From Negaprion brevirostris (lineage: Eukaryota), in NCBI GenBank assembly GCA_030324005.1, contig JARDVH010000124.1, forward strand, positions 18,484,792 to 18,548,791: a stretch of DNA of 64,000 nucleotides, read 5' to 3'. A program made the position numbers and the translations under genes. Under the pieces are notes generated by a model. That model saw nothing but the letters and a program-made list of their open reading frames with translations. It did not search any database and had not been told where the DNA came from. This document shows, piece by piece, positions 40,101 through 52,100 of this stretch; within the stretch, counting starts at the first letter, position 1; the number at the start of each line of letters is the position of its first letter.

Positions 40101-43100
40101 AGAGAGAATACACAAACTGAGTTTGCATACTGTGGAATTTCAAAAACTAAAAGGTAAAGTGATTGAAGTTTTCAAGGTTTTAAGGAAACAGATAGGGAGA
40201 ATCTGGCCTGGGGACACAGGGTAAAAATTGGAATCCAGCTTTTTAGAAATGAAAATTGCTTTGAAGAAAGAGTGGCTTGAAAGCTGTTCCACAAACAAGA
40301 GTTGATGCTGAGCCAGTTGTTAATTTTAAATCTGTGATTGAAATGAATTATTAAAGGTATTAAGGAATATGAGGGAAAAGGTGCATCTATGGAGTTTAGT
40401 CACAAGTCTCATTTGAGTGGAAGAACACATTTGAGGGGCTAATTATTCTTGTTCCTATGTAACATACAGCTCCCAGCACTGGTGAAACTACAACCAAGCA
40501 TAAATTATCTTCAATAAAACATCTCAAACACCCAGCGTTTAACAGGGCAAATGGCCCAAGACATTTCACAAAATGAAACTCCATAAGTTTTACATTCTCA
40601 TCATTATGTTTTAATTTGATTTATGGACTCTATCTTCTCTATCCTTGTGACCTCACCAGCTTTACATTAGCCACCCCAAAATCCACCCAGAAATTCCTAA
40701 TCTTCCAACTATGACTTCTTGCATATCCCCAATTCTCTCCAGCCCACTGTTAGTAGCTATGCCTCTAGCCTGTTATGCCCCATGCTCTCAGGTTGCTCCA
40801 GATTTACCTCTAGTTCTTTACCTCCTCTCAAGATTCTTCTTTGGCCATGACTTAGGTTGTCAGGCTTTTTCAAAGTGGGGGTCACAACCTGCAGATGGCT
40901 CACGAGATGTTGAAAATGGGTCGCTGGGTAAATTTTCACTGCCTTATAAACTGATTATGTTCAAAAAAACACAGGATGTTCTGTGCTCCTGTTTTTAAAA
41001 AAAGCAGGATTTTCTGTGATTCTGTTTTTTAAAAAAGCGGGATGTTCTTTTGTAGCAGATATTTTGTAGAAGGTGGTATGACGGTTGAGGACTCTGGGTC
41101 TGTACTTGGAGTTTACAAGGATGGGGAAGGGATATTATTGAAACTTACAGGATACTGCAAGGTCTGGATAGAGTGGACGTGGAGAGGATGTTTCCACGAG
41201 TAGGAGAAACTAGATCCAGAGGGCACAACCTCACGCTAAAGAAACGATCCTTTAAAACAGAGATGATGAATTTCTTCAGCTGGAGAGTGGTGAATCTATG
41301 AAACTCTTTGCCGCAGAAGGTTGTGGAAGCCAGGTCACTGAGTGTCTTTAAGACAGAGATAGATAGTTTCTTGCTTAATAAGGGGATCGGGGGTTATGGG
41401 GAAAAGGCAGAAGAATGGGGATGAGAAAAATATCAACCATGATTGGATGGCAGAGCAGACTCGATGGGCCAAGTGGCCTAATTCTGCTCCCATGTCTTAT
41501 CATCTTCTGGTCTTATAACAATGAGAACCTCTCAGACAATGACATAGCCAGCATGAGGACTTCTGATGTGGAGGAAAGGCTTAGTAATGCCTGATACAAT
41601 TCAAGTTATGTACACTTTGAATAGAAAATGGAAAGATTAGGAAAGACTGTATTTTTAAGTGTACAGTAAATCCTGTTTCGATTGTGACTGGCAGCAATAC
41701 TGCAGCTTGCCTGGCCAGTGGAGGCTGATTGATCTCGAGTTTCCTGCCATGAAGGCAGACTATAGCTTCAGACTTTAGTCATTATCTCATAATCCAGTTC
41801 ATTATTATTATTTTTCACCTGTGTACATAAAAATATTTTGTTGTTGGATCAATTTCAAAATGAGATGACCTCTGAAAAACAGGAAAACCATTCCTCACAC
41901 ATGCTGGATGGAAGTAGCGGGGTGGAGGGGTAAGAGGTTTCCAAAGAGAGTCTGCAATTGAGAAAAACAATTGGGAATCATTGAATCTGTGCTGTTCAGA
42001 AGAGACCATTTGGCCCATCAAGTCTGCACCTGCTCTCTGACAAAGTATCTCACCCAGGCCTTCTCCCCACCCTATCCTTGTAACCCCACACATTTCCCAT
42101 GGCTAATCCATCTAACCTACAGATCTTGAGACACTGAGGCAATTTAGCATGGTCAAGCTACCTACCATTACTGGACTGTGGAATGAAATCTGAGCACGTG
42201 GAGAGAATGTGCAAATTTTACAGTCACCCAAGACCAGAATTGAACCGAGGTCCTTGGAGTTCTGAAGCAGCAGTGATAACCATTGTGCCCCTGCACTGCC
42301 CACTAAATCAAACTGTGACTATCTGTCCATCTGTATTTTTTCTGCCTGGTGTCTGTCTCTGTGTTTATTAATTTACTTTATTTACCATCTGTAAATCTGT
42401 CTGGAAGGCCACCTAAAAAATTATAAAAACAGAAGGACAACTTAAACTAGCTCACTGTTGTCAAAACACAGCACACTTCTCAATAAATAGGATGAACCTT
42501 GTGTAAATGATCAATTTTTTTTAAGAAGTTCAATTTTAACAGGTTTCTCANNNNNNNNNNNNNNNNNNNNNNNNNNNNNNNNNNNNNNNNNNNNNNNNNN
42601 NNNNNNNNNNNNNNNNNNNNNNNNNNNNNNNNNNNNNNNNNNNNNNNNNNCCCTGCTTACAGAAAATTTGTATAAATTTTAAACAGTTGAGTTCTGAGGA
42701 TTGACCCATGCAGCACCCTGTCAGCTACATTTCACCAGCAAGAGAAGGACCCATTTATCCTGATTCTCTGCTTTCTGTCAATCAGCCAGTCCTCAATCCA
42801 ATCTGGTACTGAATCTAAATCCCCTGCAATCTCACCTTCTGGATCAGTCTTTTATGCGGCACCTTGTCAAATGTCTTCTGGAACCAAATCTACCACATCC
42901 ACAGATTCCCCATTATCCACCTTGGTGGTTATGTTCTCAAAGAACTCAAAGACTTACCCTTCATAAAACTATGCTGACAATGATGAATTGAGCTTCACCT
43001 TTCCAAATGCCCATTTATCTTCTTCTTATTGTTTAATTCCAGCAACTTCCCCACTACAGAGGTCTAGCTAACCTACCAAGTTTCCTACTTCTTGCCTCGC

Positions 43101-46100
43101 TCCTTTTTTGAATAAGTGCATCACATTAGTATGTTTTCAATTCATAGGGACCTTACCAGAATCCAAGGAATTTTGAAAAATCACATCCAATGCATCCACT
43201 ATCTCTCCTGCTATCTCCTTTAATATCCTAGGGTGCAGACCATCAGTCTTTTATCTGCCATTAATCCCATTAGTTTATTCAATACCTTCTCCCTGGTGAT
43301 GCTTATTGCACCAAGTTCCTCTGCATGACCGACAGTTTGTGGAAACTCATCATTATTCTCTACCATGAAGACAGAGGCAAAATATTTTATGTTAATGCCT
43401 CTGCCATCTGTGTTCCCCATTACTACCTCACCAGTATTGTCCTCTAAAGGGCCAACATTTACTTTAGCCCCATGACTTTACTTTAGTCCCATGACTTGAT
43501 TTCAGTCTATAAGCAACAGCAGTGTATATCAGATGCATTATCCATAGTATCCCAGTTGTATATAGACTTATCTTCCAATAAAGCCCACATTATTATTTTA
43601 TCAAGTCATGTCATGTGATGGGTGCATGGGATCAAAGAGAAGAAAATTGACTATTGCTGTTTACGTAAGCCCATTAAGCACAGAAGCATCAAAATGGTGG
43701 TGAGACAAATAGTTCCCTCCATAATGTATCAGTATTCTCTATCTTCAGGTAGCATCATTGATTATTTGCAGGTTACCAAACCACCACTTATGCCATGGTT
43801 GTACTTCAGGTCAGCATGAGAAGGCAGACCCCAAAAACTACATTAGCTGGAGTGGGGTTCACACTCTGCACCCTTCTGAATTGCACACTAACATCTAGCC
43901 AATGAGCTAACCATCATGCAATCTGTTGGAGGAGTAACTAATCAGTCATACGTTGGTCTAAAACAAAAACAGAGCCTGTAAAACAAAAGGCCTGATGCAA
44001 TATAATTACAATAAGAGACAAATTGCCATTTAATCCAGCCAAGTAGATGTGAAACGGACATCAGATATGCTTTCAATGAACATTGAATAAAACTGTTATT
44101 GAAGTTTTCAGATGTATCCTTTTAGTTTGACTATTTTAAAGTTTAAAGCTTCTTGATTAGTCAAATAGGCCTACGTTAACACAGCAATGAAGTTACTGTG
44201 AAATTCCCCTAGTTACCACATTCCAGGTACACTAAGCAAGAACATAGCATGGCCAATGCACCTAACCAATTCACCTATTTTGGGTGAAGTGGAATCTATA
44301 AAAGACAAATATATATCCACAGTAACAGTAACATCAGTTTTGTTGAAATCAGTGTGCCTATAAATGGACAGAACAAGATATCTGAAGTGTAATTGAAATA
44401 TAGGCTGTGATTCTCCCGTCCCTATCCACAACTTTTCTGGTGGGTGAGGGTGGGAGATGCAGGTTGCCAGCCTTGTTCAAGGATTTGTGCGTGTGCCGGG
44501 AATGAATGCGCATCTCCTAGAGCCGGTGAACAGTCGCTGGTCAGACCACGCTGGAAACTGGCGGGAAGGCAGTAAGTAATTTGAATCTTTTTTTAATATG
44601 TTTTAAATGTCTTTTGAATTTCATTGTCAGGAACTTACCAATCCCCGAGTACTTCATTCTGGCAGGGTTTAGTGTAGCTCCCCATGTTCGAGGAACCGAG
44701 TAGCAGACCCTGCCNNNNNNNNNNNNNNNNNNNNNNNNNNNNNNNNNNNNNNNNNNNNNNNNNNNNNNNNNNNNNNNNNNNNNNNNNNNNNNNNNNNNNN
44801 NNNNNNNNNNNNNNNNNNNNNNNNNNNNNNNNNNNNNNNNNNNNNNNNNNNNNNNNNNNNNNNNNNNNNNNNNNNNNNNNNNNNNNNNNNNNNNNNNNNN
44901 NNNNNNNNNNNNNNNNNNNNNNNNNNNNNNNNNNNNNNNNNNNNNNNNNNNNNNNNNNNNNNNNNNNNNNNNNNNNNNNNNNNNNNNNNNNNNNNNNNNN
45001 NNNNNNNNNNNNNNNNNNNNNNNNNNNNNNNNNNNNNNNNNNNNNNNNNNNNNNNNNNNNNNNNNNNNNNNNNNNNNNNNNNNNNNNNNNNNNNNNNNNN
45101 NNNNNNNNNNNNNNNNNNNNNNNNNNNNNNNNNNNNNNNNNNNNNNNNNNNNNNNNNNNNNNNNNNNNNNNNNNNNNNNNNNNNNNNNNNNNNNNNNNNN
45201 NNNNNNNNNNNNNNNNNNNNNNNNNNNNNNNNNNNNNNNNNNNNNNNNNNNNNNNNNNNNNNNNNNNNNNNNNNNNNNNNNNNNNNNNNNNNNNNNNNNN
45301 NNNNNNNNNNNNNNNNNNNNNNNNNNNNNNNNNNNNNNNNNNNNNNNNNNNNNNNNNNNNNNNNNNNNNNNNNNNNNNNNNNNNNNNNNNNNNNNNNNNN
45401 NNNNNNNNNNNNNNNNNNNNNNNNNNNNNNNNNNNNNNNNNNNNNNNNNNNNNNNNNNNNNNNNNNNNNNNNNNNNNNNNNNNNNNNNNNNNNNNNNCCC
45501 AGGGTTTTTAATGAGATTCCCGATTGGGACTTCTGAAGTTCACAGAGTGAAGAGATTCGGGTGAGAAGTTGAACTGACAAAACAGTTGGGATCTAGAACA
45601 ATATCCCTACCAAGTCAGCACTTTTGGGAGAATCATGGTCATAATTTCCTATTATTGAAACAACCTAATTGCTTTATGTAAAGCTTTGATAGCCATTCTA
45701 ATGTTTGCTTTTTCATGGAACTGATGTTGGCACAAGTTATGCAAACGTTGAATAGACTTGCCTCAAAGTATTGATTTTTTTTTCTTTGCACCAACGCGTA
45801 CCACAGACTATTTAAGTATTGGCTGTAGTTTGATTCTAAGAACACCATGAGGCAAGTTATCCCACTTTTGAAACAATTTTCATGTCGAAGACTGTGCTGG
45901 TTGAAATTGTGATGTGATTGGTTATGGATTCTGGGTTGTCAGTCAAGATAGTCTTTATAACTGTTTTCCAAGCAGTGATTTAAAAACTATATCTCCAAGA
46001 TCTATGACAGAAGGCTAAAATGAAGAAATGATTTTAAACTTTATCAGGTGCAATGGAAAAAAAGTAAAATTGAAGTCAATATAAAGAAAGAAAAACTACA

Positions 46101-49100
46101 GACAAGGAATAAGAAAGGAAAAAGACTAGCAAAGATATAAGGTTTGAAACATTATGAACATATGAACATTATGGACATTAGGAACAAGACTAGGCACCTC
46201 ACACCTGCTCCACCATTCAGTAAATTCATGGTTAATCTTGTATGAATGTTGAGTGTTTTATGTTGGGCAAAGTTATGCCTTTGATTAGTATTTTAGAATT
46301 TGTATTATTATAACAAAGCTGCTAGTAATAATGGAGTAGCTTTATTGATGTAACGGATTAACAGTGAGAGAATTGAAAACTTAACACACAGGTTGGTGCA
46401 AAGAGTTGAGTTTCTTTTAGCCTGCTGGCTTTTTAAAAAATTTAGGTAGTTCCTGTATAACGTAATAGGTGCAGTGCCCCAAAACCAGCAACTTCAGGAC
46501 CAAGTTGGTGCCGGATTTTAGATGTTGCCGATTTTCAGATTGGGCAGTTCTGTCCGGGTCAGGTTGAGTCCAGGGTTTCTTCCATCACTTAGCCATGATG
46601 TGGAATGCCGGTGTTGGAGTGGGGTGGGCACAGTAAGAACTCTCATCAGGCGAGTCACCTGTTGAAGAAGCAGCACTCTGAAAGCTCATGATTCCAAATA
46701 AACCTGTTGGACTTTAACCTGGTGTTGTGAGACTTCTTACTGTACATCACTTAGAGCATGGAAAAAGACAAATACATGAAGCTGATGACAAGTAGGCACT
46801 CCAAAGCAGCACCCAGTCGAACAAGCTGTTAAGTTATTTCACTTGTCTGAATTATAGGCATGTTAGCTGAATAAAATGTCTGGCGTTTGGACATTGGTGG
46901 TTTTCGGACAGCCAGATTTGAGACACTGTACCCATATTTCTTAAAAAAAACAGACTTCCAATTTTGTTCCACTGTTTTCTTATATTAGAAGTAGTGAGTA
47001 AGTTCCCTTCAGCTGCACTGTATATGAACAGAATGAAAAACAAGGAATGCTACAGTGTTCATTCCTGTTTCCTCACTTGTCATGTTATTTTGAAGAACAT
47101 GTATCATTCTTTAACCGACAACTTTGGATGGTCTGATGAGCAATTCTCTTCTCTATGACCAGTGTAGACGATATTTCAGTTCAAATAAGGGAGCTGGACA
47201 ATGTCCATCCATTTCCTCCACCCATATCCTCAATTCTATCGTTAAAAAAATCTGGTGCTCCATCTAGTGATGTAATTGAGGAGAAGCAAAGTTTGCTCAG
47301 CTGAATCAAAATAACAGAGTTGTTCACGAATAGAAAATGTGGCCTGGTTCTTGTGCTCCATACAAATCTGGAAACTCAAACTTAATTTTCTTTAAAGTGA
47401 AATTCTCCTGAAATATAGACAGTTGAAACATTCTGTTTCTCATGTCCAAAGAGAGATCATTTAAACAGAGTTTTAAAAAGAACATCAGTACCAGAGATCA
47501 ATGTGGATTAAAATTAATTGTTAATAATTTATTAGTGGTATTCAGGGACCAAAATTAATACTCCTTTAGTTCACACCCTGGTTTAAGCAGCATGTGTTAC
47601 ACATGTTACACAGCATGGAGGCACAGCAGTTTGCACTGCTGCCTCATAGCATCAGGGACCCAGGTTCAATTCTTGGCCTGAGTCACTGTCTGTGCAGAGT
47701 CTCCACATTTTCCTCGTGTCTGCGTGGATTTCCTCCCACAGTGTGAAAGCTGGTTAGATGCATTGGTCAAGCTAAATTCTCTCTCAGTGTACCTGAACAG
47801 GCAACGGAGTGTGTAACTTCATTGCAGTGTTAATGTAAGCCTACTTGTGACACTAAAAAAATCCTTTAAAATGTTATTGTGTCTGAATTTATGTGGAAAA
47901 GTAAATGGATTCACTGATGGAGAAAATTATGTCTGCTGCAAAATGTAATGATGTAACTGTATAATAGAATCTATGACATGCTAAATATTTGTGTTTCTCT
48001 AAGTTTCCATTTTGGCTCTGGAGGAATATGAGGATCTGGAAAAAAATCTGGATCTGGAGAAGGATCTTCGAAAGGAGGCTGAGTCCTTAGCCCATGAGGT
48101 ATGAATGTCAGTGACAGACCTATTAATTGCAGTATATCTGAACAGTTATAGATACCTTTGAGACTACAAAAAATGGTACGATCCCAGAGTTGGTACGAAT
48201 TTGTGTACAATTTCACTCATTTGAAAATGTATAATACAATAATAAATTATTTAGTTACCCTTTAACTAGCATTTTATTTTCTAGTACAAAGATAAAACAT
48301 GATAAAGTCAGTCTGGTTAGTTAAATTGTATGTGATATGATCATCGGATAAACACAAGAGGAATATTTCAATTTTCCATTTAATTTAGCATTTTCCAATT
48401 CATTTTCTTACCTTCAAACCCTCTCTCCACCCCACTCTCATGTATTCTTTTCTGCTTGGGATGATAGAAAACTGATCTTCTCCAAAGTATGCGCCAGCTC
48501 TTCAAACATTTTCTAAAACAGAAGTGTCCCAATCTGTGTCTTGGTGAACTACTTAAGCGCATACAATGGAACCTTGCAGGTCATTTTATTGCTTGCTTCA
48601 ATGTAATATGTGAATTTCCACCTATTGCAGGCTGCCAATACTTTATATTGTGATACCAGTATGATAACAGCACTTAGAACAACCCTTTCCAAATGTTCTG
48701 ACTCAAAAAATTAATCTGGGACAAACGAACTAGCAAAAAATAAAAGATGGAGCAATTTGCCTGTCTTTCATGAACCCCACTGCCAGAATGTATTGGTCAC
48801 TTTATGGAATAGTTACTCTCCGTATGATAGAACTAACAAGAAGTCTGCACAACTTTAGATGGTGTAGTTGTATGACTTTTATAGGTTTGAGATTTATATT
48901 TTTGTAGCACAACAAGGTCAAACTAGAGGCAATTGTAAAAAGCTAACAAGAAAAGTTGTCTCATTAAATTTTGATTTTGATTGGAAGGGCAAATGACCAA
49001 TAACTCAGCTACCAGAATGCATCAGAGAATGTTTGTCAATAAGTGCTTCACTCCCATCAGAATCAACCTGCCAGGTTTGAATTTGACCAAAAGCTTGGCA

Positions 49101-52100
49101 GTTGACTGTTCCCTGCTGCCTTCTTCATGGCAACACTGTACCTATCACTTGCCAACCAGTCAGCATCCAATTCTCATTCACTATAAATTGTTGTTTGCTT
49201 CACTGTTGATAATCTTGTGATCTTTCCTGATGAGTGCAAAATGAGAACCTTAAGCGGTATGAGCTCGATTTTACCATTTTCGTTCTAAGTGCTGAATCTG
49301 GGTGCAATTCGGATCTGAGTTGGAAATCTGCTTTCAGGCACCCACGTGTGCACTTTCCCTGCCCCCCCAGCCCCCTACCAGAAATCCATCTTACCTGCTT
49401 CCCTCTCCCCTCCACCCCAGAGAATGATCTGGCCTCATACCCTCCCCCTACTCAGAGAATGATCTGGCCTCATTTCCACACCACAACCNNNNNNNNNNNN
49501 NNNNNNNNNNNNNNNNNNNNNNNNNNNNNNNNNNNNNNNNNNNNNNNNNNNNNNNNNNNNNNNNNNNNNNNNNNNNNNNNNNNNNNNNNNNNNNNNNNNN
49601 NNNNNNNNNNNNNNNNNNNNNNNNNNNNNNNNNNNNNNNNNNNNNNNNNNNNNNNNNNNNNNNNNNNNNNNNNNNNNNNNNNNNNNNNNNNNNNNNNNNN
49701 NNNNNNNNNNNNNNNNNNNNNNNNNNNNNNNNNNNNNNNNNNNNNNNNNNNNNNNNNNNNNNNNNNNNNNNNNNNNNNNNNNNNNNNNNNNNNNNNNNNN
49801 NNNNNNNNNNNNNNNNNNNNNNNNNNNNNNNNNNNNNNNNNNNNNNNNNNNNNNNNNNNNNNNNNNNNNNNNNNNNNNNNNNNNNNNNNNNNNNNNNNNN
49901 NNNNNNNNNNNNNNNNNNNNNNNNNNNNNCAGTTCATTAATTAAATTTAAATGCATTTAAATCGCAGTTGCACCTGTTTGGGGCACGAATCGGATTGTGG
50001 CCATTCCTGGGTCTTGGTAAAGTGGCCAACTGCGCGGACGTGGCGCGGATCGCATTAATGGCCTCACACCTGACTTTACCATGTTTTCGTGCCCGTTTTC
50101 AGGCGCAACGCAATGGTAAAATCGTGCACTATGTCTCATTTATTTAGCAGCACTTAAATTCTGTACCAGTAAATAATTATCAAAAAATCTGTCAAATGTA
50201 GAGTGCAATCATCAGCTAGAAAATAGATTTGGGTATATGAGTGAAGGAAATTATTGGAAAGAAATAAACTGAGTGGGGAGAGAATGCGGCTTTCGGGAAC
50301 ATTCAAATTGATGGAAAGTCAGCCGTAAACTAAAGCGTAAGTGATGTGATTTGAGGAGTAACTAGTTAATCATGAATCTTATTGAGTGAGATGTTACAAT
50401 CTCAGCTGATGCTCATACTGGTCAGGTCAGGACTGGAGTGAACCTTGGCTTGTTCCTAACTTTGTTTTTTTCAGAAACTATGGAGCGCACTTACTGAACA
50501 AATTCACAGGAGTCTGCCAATGAACTTCTAACACAAAGAATTAATTATTCATTACATAAAAAAAATAAACTATATTACAACTGACAAGAATGTTCCAGTG
50601 TGAGGTTTCTAGATGGATTCAAAATTGGCTTCCTGACAATTGGTGGTTGTAGAGATTTGTTCTTCAAACTGAATGCCTGTGACCAGCAGTGTGCCTCAGG
50701 GATCAGTGCTAGCCCCGCTGTCATTTGTCATTTATATTAATGATTTGGATGAGAATATAGAGGGCATGGTTAGTAAGTTTGCAGATGACACCAAGATTGN
50801 NNNNNNNNNNNNNNNNNNNNNNNNNNNNNNNNNNNNNNNNNNNNNNNNNNNNNNNNNNNNNNNNNNNNNNNNNNNNNNNNNNNNNNNNNNNNNNNNNNNC
50901 GTGATTCATCAAATATGTGAGAACAGACTTCTTAAAGTACATATTATAGGGAACAAAATGGACAGTTGTCATGCTGAATATTAAAATAATGGCGATGGCA
51001 TTAGTCAGAAGTTTGATTGCATTTTAAAATTCTTTGTCTTTATTGCAGATGCTTGTGGAAAAAAAGAAACTCAAAAGACAAAGCCAGATTCTCCTTCAGA
51101 AGATGGTGCCTAATGAGCAGCTCATGAAAGCACTTGATGACCTGGCTATTGTGACAGAGACTATAGAGGAAGAGAGAATTCTGCATGAGAGAAAAGTAAG
51201 ATGCCCGTAGCACAACTTGTAGGATTAGTGCCGGAAGAAATGTATATCCCTTTAATGGAAATGTATTTTAAAAATCATTCTTGGGATAGGGACATGATGT
51301 GGTATGGCTGATGTTTGATGCTGATCCCTGGTTACTCTTGAAAATATGAAAACCTTCATTGCTAAACCACTTGAGAGGTCAGTTAAGAGTCAACATGTTA
51401 TTATGGGGATTAAATCACATCTCGGCTAAACCAGATGAGGATGGCACGTTTCCTTCCTGCCATCAGACATTTTTATTTTTGCCAGTACTTTGGCAAAAGT
51501 ACTTTTGACTTCTTTTAAAACATATTTCAAATTCTCAAACTGCCGCTGTGGGATTTGGACCTACATTTAGATTATTTGTCCAAACCCTTGGTTAACTAGT
51601 CCAATGACAGATCTAGTGCACTCTACTTACAATATGCATGATCTTCCAAGACTACAAAGTCTATTCACTTTTGGACTGTGGGAATTCTATGATTCAGTTT
51701 TGTTTTGGTCTATTAAAGGCTACTCATTTGTTTTATGCAATGATCTGTACTGGTGAGTTAATTTATAACTAGTTAACTTACTAATATTAAACATAAGATG
51801 CATCAATACTTTTAGTGAGTGATAGGAGAGGGTAAAAGTTTAGGTGCTGTTATTACGAGATCCGAGGAGACATAATGATAACATTTAGAAGATAGGCAAC
51901 ATAGAATCATAGAATCCCTACAGTGCAGAAGCAGGCCATTTGGCTCATCGAGTCTGCATCAACAACAATCCCACCCAGGCCCTATCCTCATAACCCCACA
52001 TATTTACCCTGCTAATCCCCTTGATACTAAGGGGCAATTTAGCATGGCCAACCAACCTAATCCGCACGTTTTTGCACCGAGGGAGGAAACCAGAGCACTC

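Noticed and set aside
43457-43498. Small local duplications (19 bp x2 here; 28 bp x2 near 55559)
   Set aside because: Ordinary slippage events with no further structure.
12884-51048. Initial idea that the gene lacks exons 5-8 entirely (single-repeat shootin)
   Set aside because: Closer reading found exon 6, 7 and 8 equivalents at 29324, 33288 and 48004.
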